Shown here piece by piece: positions 51,451-61,064 of a stretch of DNA of 64,000 bases. The stretch is from positions 1-64,000 of the forward strand of contig JAEOUA010000001.1 in assembly GCA_016839555.1 (NCBI GenBank), written 5' to 3'. Position numbers and translations under genes: made by a program. The stretch comes from Promethearchaeota archaeon (GTDB lineage: Archaea; Asgardarchaeota; Lokiarchaeia; Sigyniarchaeales; SOKP01). Below the pieces are notes generated by a model, which was not told the origin of the DNA, searched no databases, and saw nothing but the letters and a program-made list of their open reading frames with translations. The stretch's first letter is position 1; each line of letters begins with the position of its first letter.

Positions 51451-53205
51451 TCAAATTATTTTATCATAATTACATAAATATAAAAATCTTTCGAGATAAA
51501 AAATTAGGAATTGATTAAAATGATTGGAATAATATAAATCATTCCCATGTCCTTGAAAAGGAAAAGTTATTATACAACAATCATCATTTAATGAAAGTTC
51601 ATAACTTTTTTTAACAAGTTGAGCTTTTAACAAGCAAAAGTCCTTTTCTCCTTGGAAGATGAGACAAGGTGGACTACTTTTATTTATAAAGAATAATTCA
51701 GGATATTTTAACTTTAAATTTCCTCCAGAATATAATGCTGGAGGATCACCGGGATATAAAGGAATCATTCCCTTTATATGCACCCTTGATCCAAACCATT
51801 CTTCATATTCACCACTCTCAAGCAACAATGCTGTGGCAATTGTTAAATGTCCACCCGCGGATCCTCCCATCAAAAAAACAGAATCTAAATTTGGATTGTA
51901 AACTGAGAATTCTGTTGAATTTAATTGTTTTATGAAAGCTCCAATATGCTTAATTTGATTTTCAATCGTAAAATATCCCTTAACATATTCGGGTGTAGGT
52001 GTGATACGCTGGAATAAATTATCTTCGTCTTTTATAAGACCATATTGAATATCAAAAACAATATATCCTTGAGCAGCTAGATATTTATTTACTTGCATCA
52101 TATTACCTCCTCCTTTATCACCCGCAGTCCAGCCTCCCCCATGAATCTTTATTATGACTGAATTATTACCTGGTAAAAATGATCCTCCATATTTTGGGAG
52201 ATACACATCATAATACAACCTAATTCCCTGCCCTATATAAAAAGGAATATGCTGTATTATTTTACATTCTTTTGGTGGGATTCCTAAGAAATATCCAGGA
52301 AGAGAGAACGGGTCTTGCATGAAATATTGCTGAGAATAAGGATCAATGAACATATTATAATCTAGTCTGAATGTAAAAGCATCAGTAAAATCTTTATCTG
52401 CCTGCCTAGCAGTAAAAGGAATGGATAAAGAAGGGATTAAAAAAATACTTGTAAGAAATATTCCAATTATCCCCACCGAATAATAAATTTTTGGTCTCTT
52501 GTTTACATTTATCATTTTCAACAGAATAACTGTTGAAAGTAAAAATAGAAGAGAAAAAAATACATTAAATTGAAAGGTAAAAATACCAAAAAGCCATGCA
52601 AGGAAATCATCAAGAGGAGCAAATATAAGCGCATAGGTTAAATAAATACCTAAAAGTAAGATTAGGATACTTAAAAAACCTAATATTATTTTTAAGATTT
52701 TTTTAAGTATATACAACCTTTTTGATTCTTTCAATGTTTTTACTTTTGAATTCCATAAATCTCTATTAGAGTGATATTTAATGTTAAAATATGATAAGAA
52801 AAATCCGAGTAAGAAGTCTCCAAAATACCCAATAATTACTAACATGAATCCAAAAATTGAGGGAGTATATCTAATAGATATTATGAAATTGCCTCCAATC
52901 ATTAATAAAAAGGAAAGAATTATGAAGACAAGCATAAAATAACAAAATAAATTAATCTGTTTTCCAAGTTTAATCCTCTTGTTAAGTTTAACAGTATCTA
53001 TATAAATTAGTAAAATATTTGCATATAAAGAAATTAAAATTAGAATACCAAAAATATCCCAAACTAACTCCAGTTGATAATTCTCAAATGTAACTATTAA
53101 ATAAAAGATGCCAAATATTATACATAGAGAGTTTAATATAATTAGAATAAAACTAAAGAATTTTATACTAAATAACGCTTTTAATTTATTAAGAGTTAGT
53201 TTCAA
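51451..53205 (-). CDS. Multi-TM membrane protein with C-terminal alpha/beta hydrolase (HSL-like esterase)
   Basis: About 7 TM, then HGGGW, GGSAGG nucleophile elbow, GEKD, QGH; TTG start. Confidence 0.87.
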   Translation of the reverse strand: MKLTLNKLKALFSIKFFSFILIILNSLCIIFGIFYLIVTFENYQLELVWDIFGILILISLYANILLIYIDTVKLNKRIKLGKQINLFCYFMLVFIILSFLLMIGGNFIISIRYTPSIFGFMLVIIGYFGDFLLGFFLSYFNIKYHSNRDLWNSKVKTLKESKRLYILKKILKIILGFLSILILLLGIYLTYALIFAPLDDFLAWLFGIFTFQFNVFFSLLFLLSTVILLKMINVNKRPKIYYSVGIIGIFLTSIFLIPSLSIPFTARQADKDFTDAFTFRLDYNMFIDPYSQQYFMQDPFSLPGYFLGIPPKECKIIQHIPFYIGQGIRLYYDVYLPKYGGSFLPGNNSVIIKIHGGGWTAGDKGGGNMMQVNKYLAAQGYIVFDIQYGLIKDEDNLFQRITPTPEYVKGYFTIENQIKHIGAFIKQLNSTEFSVYNPNLDSVFLMGGSAGGHLTIATALLLESGEYEEWFGSRVHIKGMIPLYPGDPPALYSGGNLKLKYPELFFINKSSPPCLIFQGEKDFCLLKAQLVKKSYELSLNDDCCIITFPFQGHGNDLYYSNHFNQFLIFYLERFLYLCNYDKII

Positions 53206-53336
53206 AGGTATATATAAAGCTTAAGTTTTAGTTTCTAATTAATAGTTATATAGCTTGAGAAAAAATATAAAATTATTCTAATAATTAAATAATAATATAC
53301 AATATTGAATAAACTAATTAAAATCGTGAGAAATAA

Positions 53337-54140
53337 ATGAAATTTGTAGACTTATCAATCCCCATCATAAATCCAGAAGAAGCTGTTTTCGATCCACCAT
53401 TAACTCAGCCTCAAATCGAGTACAGCGCTCATGATGAAGGAGCAAATCAGATGGGCTTTGTTTTTCCTCGCTTAAAACCAGAAAAACATTTACCTAATGG
53501 AAAAGGATGGGCAACAGAGACTATTACGCTTGGAACTCATAGTGGGACTCATATGGATGCTCCTTATCATTATGCTCCAATACAGGATAAAGAAATTGGT
53601 GAAAAAAAAGCTCATACTATCGATGAATTCCCTTTAGAATGGGGGATGGGACCCTTAATCGTCTTGGATTGTACAGATTATGAAGAGGGTTATGTTTTGA
53701 CACCCGAAGATGTTAATACTAAATTAAAAGCTATTAATCATAAATTAGAAGAAGGAGATATTTTATGCGTCCACACCAATGCTCCTAAACATTATGGTAC
53801 TAAGGAGTATATTAATTACGGGGTTGGCGTTGGAAAGGAAGCCACTCTTCACATTATCAGGCAAGGAGTTCATGTTGTTGGAATCGATGCATGGAGTTGG
53901 GATGCTCCATTTTCTATCACAGCAAAAAAATGGAAAAAATCAGTGAGAGCAAAAGAACCAGACACCTCCTTAATTTGGGAGGGTCATTTTGCAGGCATTG
54001 AATTGGGTTATTATCAGATGGAAAAAATGTATAATTTAGATAAGGTTCCACCGATTGGTGCAACAATTTATTGTTTTCCAATCAAAATCGCAAGGGCAAG
54101 TGCGGGATGGGTAAGAGCAGTTGCAACAATTCCAGAATGA
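53337..54140 (+). CDS. Cyclase-family protein (kynurenine formamidase-like)
   Basis: HSGTHMDAPYH, VGIDAWSWD. Confidence 0.92.
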   Translation: MKFVDLSIPIINPEEAVFDPPLTQPQIEYSAHDEGANQMGFVFPRLKPEKHLPNGKGWATETITLGTHSGTHMDAPYHYAPIQDKEIGEKKAHTIDEFPLEWGMGPLIVLDCTDYEEGYVLTPEDVNTKLKAINHKLEEGDILCVHTNAPKHYGTKEYINYGVGVGKEATLHIIRQGVHVVGIDAWSWDAPFSITAKKWKKSVRAKEPDTSLIWEGHFAGIELGYYQMEKMYNLDKVPPIGATIYCFPIKIARASAGWVRAVATIPE

Positions 54141-54334
54141 ATTATAAATTTCTTCTTTTTATAATTTTTTTTCGAAATTTCTCATAATATCTGTTTTTAC
54201 TTTAATAAAAATAGATAATATCGATTTAGAAATTTATAAAACTCAAATTTTTTTAAAGATTTATAGATCTGATTACTCCATCTAATTCTTCTATTTACAA
54301 ATTTAAACTTAAATAAGAAACGAAAAAGAAAAAA

Positions 54335-56566
54335 TTAAAAGCTTGTTGAAAATATTTGCTCAACTAATTGATTCGCATCTTTAAAAGGTTTTAATTCGCC
54401 TCCCCAATCTTCTAAAGTCTCTTTATATTGTTCTTCAAATTGAGATACAAATTTTCTTAATTGAGTTCTAATTTCCGAAGTTTGATTCCCTTTTATGAAT
54501 AATGCTCCAAAAAGATGCTCTCCATACTCTATTAGAATCGTTATATCACCATGTTCTATAGTTTGTAAAAATTCAGTACTTTTTGTTGTTTCTTTAACAA
54601 ATGAGGTTATTGCGGAAAACATTCCCGAGATTAATCCGGGGTCTTGAGCGACATCTTCAGAAAATTTATAATCGAATGGTGTTCTCCCATCTTCATAGAT
54701 GATATAAAGCCCTTGTTTCTTTACTCTTTCAAAAGTGTAAGTAAACTCTGGTTTCCATAATTCAATTTTATTTCGATTATAGAGATATTTTAAATTTTCG
54801 TAAAGAGTTTCTGTATCTTGAATTGTCCTTTTTTTCAACTCATCCAGATAAATCTCTTCTTTTTCGATAATTTCTATTATATTTTGAATTTCAACCAATG
54901 GAGATTCAAAATCTTTTATAGTGATTTTTTCATCAATATTCACTAAATAATTAAGATCTTCGTTTTTGAACTCATTATAAGTGACGAAACTCCCTGTATC
55001 AATAAAAATTACCCTTTTAACTAATTTTTCATCTAAAGGGATATTTTTAATTTTAAATTGTCTCCCAAGATAGTAAATTAGTAAACTCCAGAAAATAATA
55101 TTAAAAATATTTCTTGTAAATATATAGGGTATTGCTAAGAAACCTAAAACTCCTGTTAAATTTGCTCTAAAAGAAGCTGTTCTTAGTGTAATAAAATCTA
55201 TACCATATAATGATATTACACTTGCTCTACCGGTGAACCAATATTCGTCTGCAGATAAAATATTAATTAGAGGCATTGAGCCGAAAAGAGGAACATTAGG
55301 AAGTAATAATGATGCAATGATAATTATACCTAAAAAACCAATCAAAGTGAGGGGGATGTTTTTAGCGTATTTAAAAGCATAAAAAAGAAAAATGATCATA
55401 ATAATTAGAGGCAAGAGAGTATTTACAATATTAAATAAAATAATTTCAACATCAAATCCCAAAGCATCATTTAAAGAAGGATTAGCATTAAAAAGTCCTA
55501 ACTCAATAATATCTTCTATATAATTTGAATCAGCAAAAATAGTATAGCTAAAAATGATACTTAAGCCCCAATAAATTCCAACCGCAAGCGCTCCGAAAAA
55601 TAGACCATTATAGAGCGGAGTTAAATTAGAACTTTTGGATTTAACCGTCTCTTTCCTTTTCTTCCACCAATCTATTAATTTAACTAATATAAGAATAGAA
55701 ATAGGTTCAAATACATCTAAGAAAAGAACAAAGATTATTGAGGCCATAATAAAATATGCAAAAAATGCAAAAATAACGTCAATCGAATCAAAATATTCAA
55801 CAATAAAGAGAAAAATAGAAATCACTGAAATAGGGAGTCCAACCATAAATACGCTTCTGAAATAGTCTTCCCTAACTTTCTCCCCGAAATAGCGTCCTTT
55901 TATCGCAATTTTGCTTGAATTTATCAGTTCAATACTAAAAATGAATATCGCTAAATATACAAACAAAATCTCTAAAAACCATCCTAAAGCGGTTTCTGCT
56001 GTTGTTAACGAAAAATTTTGAAGTCCTGATACTTTTAGAATTACTTGTAAGATATATAATGAGACAGGTAAAAGGACAATCATTAATTTTAAAATTTCTT
56101 TCTCTCTTTTCCAATCGGTTCTTAAAAACTCCTGTTTAATCAATTTTAACGGGCTTATATTATATTCATAGCTAATTTGCTTTAAGTTCTCTTGGAGCGA
56201 TCCTTCTGATTTTTTTAGATTATTTCTTACTATTATCATTGAAATAAAAGGTGCTAAAAAAAATATAAACGGAAGAGCGATAAAAGGATAAGATAAGAAG
56301 GAGGTAATTAATGTAGCGAAATGTGTAAAAATATAGGATAATCCAAGACTCTCTTGTCCTGGAGCAATTTCCAATCTATTTGGAGCTAAATTAAACTGGA
56401 ATATAACTGGGGCAACCCAATAAATGAGAAAAAAGATCGAAACACCCATAAAAAATCTAAGATAAAGCTTTCCAATTAATTTTTTTCTAATAAATATTAA
56501 TGGAATCGCAAATATTGCTAATGGGAGCACATTCAAAAAAATCGTAAGAAATACATTAGCAATCAT
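54335..56566 (-). CDS. Polytopic membrane protein with C-terminal longin-like domain
   Basis: More than 10 TM segments; C-terminal GLYIIYEDGR...DPGLISGMFSAITSFVKE...ILIEYGE...FEEQY...WGG Asgard longin-like pattern. Confidence 0.8.
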   Translation of the reverse strand: MIANVFLTIFLNVLPLAIFAIPLIFIRKKLIGKLYLRFFMGVSIFFLIYWVAPVIFQFNLAPNRLEIAPGQESLGLSYIFTHFATLITSFLSYPFIALPFIFFLAPFISMIIVRNNLKKSEGSLQENLKQISYEYNISPLKLIKQEFLRTDWKREKEILKLMIVLLPVSLYILQVILKVSGLQNFSLTTAETALGWFLEILFVYLAIFIFSIELINSSKIAIKGRYFGEKVREDYFRSVFMVGLPISVISIFLFIVEYFDSIDVIFAFFAYFIMASIIFVLFLDVFEPISILILVKLIDWWKKRKETVKSKSSNLTPLYNGLFFGALAVGIYWGLSIIFSYTIFADSNYIEDIIELGLFNANPSLNDALGFDVEIILFNIVNTLLPLIIMIIFLFYAFKYAKNIPLTLIGFLGIIIIASLLLPNVPLFGSMPLINILSADEYWFTGRASVISLYGIDFITLRTASFRANLTGVLGFLAIPYIFTRNIFNIIFWSLLIYYLGRQFKIKNIPLDEKLVKRVIFIDTGSFVTYNEFKNEDLNYLVNIDEKITIKDFESPLVEIQNIIEIIEKEEIYLDELKKRTIQDTETLYENLKYLYNRNKIELWKPEFTYTFERVKKQGLYIIYEDGRTPFDYKFSEDVAQDPGLISGMFSAITSFVKETTKSTEFLQTIEHGDITILIEYGEHLFGALFIKGNQTSEIRTQLRKFVSQFEEQYKETLEDWGGELKPFKDANQLVEQIFSTSF

Positions 56567-56672
56567 TGTTTTATTTCAAAATATAGTTTCTAAATTTTTA
56601 TTTAATTTAATAAGACTTTATTTAATAATTAAATTAAAATTCAAATATTTTAAATTTTATATTAATAAGAAA

Positions 56673-57761
56673 ATGAATAAGAAAATAGGAATTCTTATTG
56701 ATTACGATTTTGCTAATAAGCACATTCCTCCTTATCCCCATCCTGTGTTCTTCTCATATGAGAGCCCAAGAAGAATTAGGGCTATTTTAGAGTATTTTAA
56801 AAACATAAAGCTATTTGATAACAATAAAATTTGTAAATTAAATCCTAAATTAGTTGATGAATCGATTCTACATTTAGCTCATTCTCAATATTATATTGAT
56901 ACAATAAAACGATTATCCAAATTTGGAAGCAGTATGCTAAGTGAAGAAGTCTATATTACTCAAGATACATTCTTAATTGCTCAAAAAGCGGTTGGTGGGG
57001 TAATAGCTTCTCTTGAAAGTGTATTAAACCGGGAAGTTTCTCAATCGTTCGCATTAGTGCGCCCTCCCGGTCATCATGCTTTACGTGAACAATCCTCTGG
57101 ATTATGCATTTTTAATAATATAGCCACCTCAATTTATTATTTGCGTGAACGAATGGATTATACTAAAAAAATTGCGATAATAGATATTGATAATCATTTT
57201 GGAGATGGACTTGCAAGATATTTTTATGAAGATCCTAGTGTTCTATACTTTTCTGTACATGAATTCGATTTTCTAGAAGGAGATATAGGATTTATAACGG
57301 AACTGGGTGCTGGTGAAGGACTTGGAACTAATATCAACTTTCCGATTCCAATCAATACTACTGATCAGAATTTTATGGAATTTTCAGAGATTCTTACTCC
57401 TATTATAACTCAATATAGTCCAGATCTCATTATTATTGCTGCCGGTTTTGATATGTATTTCGCGGATCCAATCGGTAATTGCCTATTAACTAGCAAATCT
57501 TATTATGAATTTACTCGGTATATACTCAACTTATCTGAACAAATATGCGATGGTAAATTGGTCTTTGCTCTTGAAGGAGGATATTCCTTAATTGGATTGC
57601 CCGTCTGTGTGCATGCAGTACTTAGAGCTTTATTAAACGAGTCTTTCGTTCAACCCCAATTTGAACAGTTTGACTTTTCAGATAAATCTAAAAAGAGTGA
57701 ATTCCTGAAAATAAAAAAGTCATTAACAAAATTCTTACAAAAATATTGGAAATTAAAATAA
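56673..57761 (+). CDS. Histone deacetylase-family (HDAC/AcuC/APAH) enzyme
   Basis: ESPRR, RPPGHHA, GLCIFNN, DIDNHFGDG, AGFD...DP, LEGGY. Confidence 0.94.
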   Translation: MNKKIGILIDYDFANKHIPPYPHPVFFSYESPRRIRAILEYFKNIKLFDNNKICKLNPKLVDESILHLAHSQYYIDTIKRLSKFGSSMLSEEVYITQDTFLIAQKAVGGVIASLESVLNREVSQSFALVRPPGHHALREQSSGLCIFNNIATSIYYLRERMDYTKKIAIIDIDNHFGDGLARYFYEDPSVLYFSVHEFDFLEGDIGFITELGAGEGLGTNINFPIPINTTDQNFMEFSEILTPIITQYSPDLIIIAAGFDMYFADPIGNCLLTSKSYYEFTRYILNLSEQICDGKLVFALEGGYSLIGLPVCVHAVLRALLNESFVQPQFEQFDFSDKSKKSEFLKIKKSLTKFLQKYWKLK

Positions 57762-57803
57762 TAAGAGTTTATTAAAGGAAATAAAAGAAAAAAGAATTGG
57801 AAA

Positions 57804-58205
57804 TTAAATAAACCCGCTGAATTTCTGAGCATAATTCTGAACTGTTAGGAGCGCATCACGAGGTCCTACTGCTGGATTAATATATGTTATTAATCCTCCA
57901 TTGCCTCCAACGGGAATAGGACAAAGAATTAAGTGTCCCTGGCCTTGTACATTGGTTGCAATCTTCCGCTCCTCTGTATTTTCTACAACCATATATTTAA
58001 CTCCTTGAATCTGAATACTGGTCATTCCTTTTTGCCCAAGCTCTAATTTAATTCGTATCAATTCATTTATCTGATTCAAATCATTTGAAATATCCCAGTT
58101 TTCGGTTTGGGAAATAAGGTTTCCATTTTGATCTACAACTGCTACTGCATATACATTTGAATCCTCTTCTAACAATTTACCTATTAGATCATTTACATCA
58201 GACAT
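57804..58205 (-). CDS. Profilin (Loki-type)
   Basis: QTENWDISND, IQGVKYMVVENTEERKIATN..G.GH....PIP.GG.G.LITY.NP..GPRD matches Lokiarchaeal profilins as I recall them. Confidence 0.88.
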   Translation of the reverse strand: MSDVNDLIGKLLEEDSNVYAVAVVDQNGNLISQTENWDISNDLNQINELIRIKLELGQKGMTSIQIQGVKYMVVENTEERKIATNVQGQGHLILCPIPVGGNGGLITYINPAVGPRDALLTVQNYAQKFSGFI

Positions 58206-58326
58206 TTTTCCAAAAAAATATTATATGCTTAGTTTTATATAAAATATATAATAAATTTAAATTTTAAATTAATTAGTATTTTTAACAATAATTATAATTA
58301 AAATATTTTACGGTGAAATATTATTC

Positions 58327-58869
58327 ATGGTTTTTGTAGGGTTAATGAAAAAGGGAGTTTTACTAGTTTTGAGAGAAAAAAGGACGTTTTTAATCTTTAC
58401 GGTGATATACTCTCTCTTAATATTTTTAACAAGTCTTTTCTTAGAATTCGCGTTTGGTGGGGAACTAGGGGATATAGCTCTTTATCTTGTGCTTATTTTT
58501 ATGGTAGCAAGTTTAATCTTGTCTTTGCTATATGCATGGTTATTAGTGAACCGAAATAAAAGAAATTGGGCTACACTTAAATGTATTGGTTATACAAATG
58601 GTAATGTAATCACAATGTTGGCGGGAATAATACTCTTTACGGCTTTATTAGGCTTTTTTGTGGTGCTGGAGATGTTATTCCATTATGCAGCTTTCTTTTC
58701 TTATGTGTTTCCAGATAATATTGCTGCTGATAATACATTAATTGGATTGCTTCCAGCCGTATTAACAAGTATTACTTTTTTGCTTGTCCAACTTGTTTCA
58801 ATAGCTCTTATTTATAGAAAAATTCTGAAAGTAAGACCAATCATAGCTTTAAAAAAAGTGGAGATGTAA
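58327..58869 (+). CDS. Minimal FtsX/MacB-like ABC permease
   Basis: 4 TM; RNKRNWATLKCIGYT and KVRPIIALK FtsX-type motifs. Confidence 0.82.
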   Translation: MVFVGLMKKGVLLVLREKRTFLIFTVIYSLLIFLTSLFLEFAFGGELGDIALYLVLIFMVASLILSLLYAWLLVNRNKRNWATLKCIGYTNGNVITMLAGIILFTALLGFFVVLEMLFHYAAFFSYVFPDNIAADNTLIGLLPAVLTSITFLLVQLVSIALIYRKILKVRPIIALKKVEM

Positions 58870-58873
58870 AAAA

Positions 58874-59566
58874 ATGATAGTAGATATGGATGTTATGATT
58901 AAAGCAATAGATGTGAATAAGGAATATCGTCGAGCCGGAGCTATTATTCGAGCTTTAGCAGATATAAATCTTACTATCAAATCTGGGGAGTTTATTATCG
59001 TACAAGGTCCGACAGGATGCGGTAAATCAACCCTTCTCAATGTTCTTTCCGGATTAGATCTACCTGATAGTGGAAAGATTATTTTTGATGGGGAAAATAT
59101 AGCAAGAGCAACGGAAGACAGATTAGCACGATTAAGAAGAATGAAAATAGGATTTGTATTTCAAGATTTTAATTTAATTAGGACATTAACGGCTATAGAA
59201 AATGTAGAAAGTGTTTTATGGCCTACGGTATTACGTTCCTCTGAAATTGAAGATAGAGCAATTGCAGCACTTAGAGATGTCAATTTATTGGAGAGAAAAG
59301 AACATTATCCTGTACAACTAAGCGGCGGTGAAAAACAAAAATGCGGACTTGCTCGCGCAATTATCCACCGTCCACGGGTCATTTTAGCAGATGAACCAAC
59401 AGGAAATTTAGACCCTCAATCGGAGACTGAAATCATGGATTTGCTCAAAAAAATTAATAAAGACTCGGAAACCACCGTAATAGTGGTTACTCATCGAGAG
59501 AAGCTTGCATCTTACGGGGACAAAATAGTTCGGATGAAAGACGGAAGAATTATAAATGTAAAATAG
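58874..59566 (+). CDS. ABC ATP-binding protein (LolD/MacB/FtsE family)
   Basis: GPTGCGKST, GFVFQDFNL, LSGGE, ADEPTGNLD, VTH. Confidence 0.95.
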   Translation: MIVDMDVMIKAIDVNKEYRRAGAIIRALADINLTIKSGEFIIVQGPTGCGKSTLLNVLSGLDLPDSGKIIFDGENIARATEDRLARLRRMKIGFVFQDFNLIRTLTAIENVESVLWPTVLRSSEIEDRAIAALRDVNLLERKEHYPVQLSGGEKQKCGLARAIIHRPRVILADEPTGNLDPQSETEIMDLLKKINKDSETTVIVVTHREKLASYGDKIVRMKDGRIINVK

Positions 59567-59715
59567 CCTTTTTTTTTATTATATTTATTATTATGATTTT
59601 TTATTTAAGTGAATGAATTCGTTTTGAACTAATATTAAATAAGATTATTATTATTATTTTTAATAAGAGAATCTTTTTATATAATTATTAAAATAAAACG
59701 CGAATTGGATGATAT

Positions 59716-60732
59716 ATGCCGCTTAAAGTTAAAAGTATATTCATAAGTAGATTAATAGTATTGATTACTCTAATTTTAATTCCTATAGCAACATTTACTA
59801 TCTTTATAAGTGTTGATTTTGAGTTATGGTTTTCAGAAAGTGCCACATTAGAATTCTGGATAATAAAAGTGCTCTGTCCAGTCATTTTTGCTGCTTCTTG
59901 GCTCTATTTTATGATTTTATTTAAAGATAGAATAGCTCTTACAATAGACTCAATGGAGCGTGTGACCTCTATTATACCCCTTCGTTTAAAAATATTTTAT
60001 GGATTGATTGCACTCGTTGTATTATTTATTTTCATCATCCCCCTTATTACAACATTTATTTCTATCATAAGTTTTATGTCTATTGCATGGATGGTTACTA
60101 CGAGGAAACATGAATTTGGAGCATCTGAGGGCTCCCCTTGGTATACAAAGGTGTTAATGATTCTCTTTGTGATAGTTCCGATCTTTTGTACAATTGCAAT
60201 CCTCCCCGAATATATTATTTTATCAAACTTTATTTCCGCAAGTATTTGGGAACCTCTTATTGAACATGTATATACATTTTCATATTGTCTGTGTACAGCT
60301 TTAGCAGTGGGCTCTCTCTTTTTCCTATTTGAGAATAAAGGTGTAAGTGAATATGAGCAAATATTGCAACATCCTGATGAGAAAAAGGGAAATAAGTATA
60401 TTAAATATGTCGAATTCATACTTTTTATATTTCTTTTAATATTAGCATATACTGGCTTCGAATTGATTGAATTCTTTTATGGAGCTGGGCTGGTAATAGT
60501 AGTATTTGTATCTATTATTAATTTTTTCTCTTCAAAACGAAAAACTGGGAAATTTGGAGGACATATTCTTGGTTATCTTTTGGCAGCAATATTTATGGGT
60601 TCTAATCTATTGATCTTTAATATTGAACTTGGAGCACTTTTTCAAATTATTAGTCTTGTGGTGCTTGCTGGCGTTTTTATCATTATTTTTATTATTACCT
60701 TTATTGTATTAGAGGAAGAGGACGAATTTTAA
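59716..60732 (+). CDS. Hypothetical polytopic membrane protein
   Basis: About 9 hydrophobic segments. Confidence 0.78.
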   Translation: MPLKVKSIFISRLIVLITLILIPIATFTIFISVDFELWFSESATLEFWIIKVLCPVIFAASWLYFMILFKDRIALTIDSMERVTSIIPLRLKIFYGLIALVVLFIFIIPLITTFISIISFMSIAWMVTTRKHEFGASEGSPWYTKVLMILFVIVPIFCTIAILPEYIILSNFISASIWEPLIEHVYTFSYCLCTALAVGSLFFLFENKGVSEYEQILQHPDEKKGNKYIKYVEFILFIFLLILAYTGFELIEFFYGAGLVIVVFVSIINFFSSKRKTGKFGGHILGYLLAAIFMGSNLLIFNIELGALFQIISLVVLAGVFIIIFIITFIVLEEEDEF

Positions 60733-61064
60733 CCCGCTTTCCTTCAATTTTTTTTTTCCTATTAATTATCTTATAATGGATTTACTTCTAATTCATATCA
60801 TAATATGATCTAAAATAAATTTTAAAGTTAGATTATTATTTTTTCAATTATTTTTTGATCATTATATTTAAAAATCATGATTTATGAGGATTTATTCAAT
60901 ATAAAAATCAGTCTCTTTATGATATAAATAGATAATGCTAATATAAGAAAGGGAAGTGGTGAATTCCCAAAAATTAAAAAATCTTTATATTTTAGCAAAC
61001 ATAACATATAAAATATATATACAAAATTTGATATATTAAAAGTCTAATAAAGAGTGAATTCACA

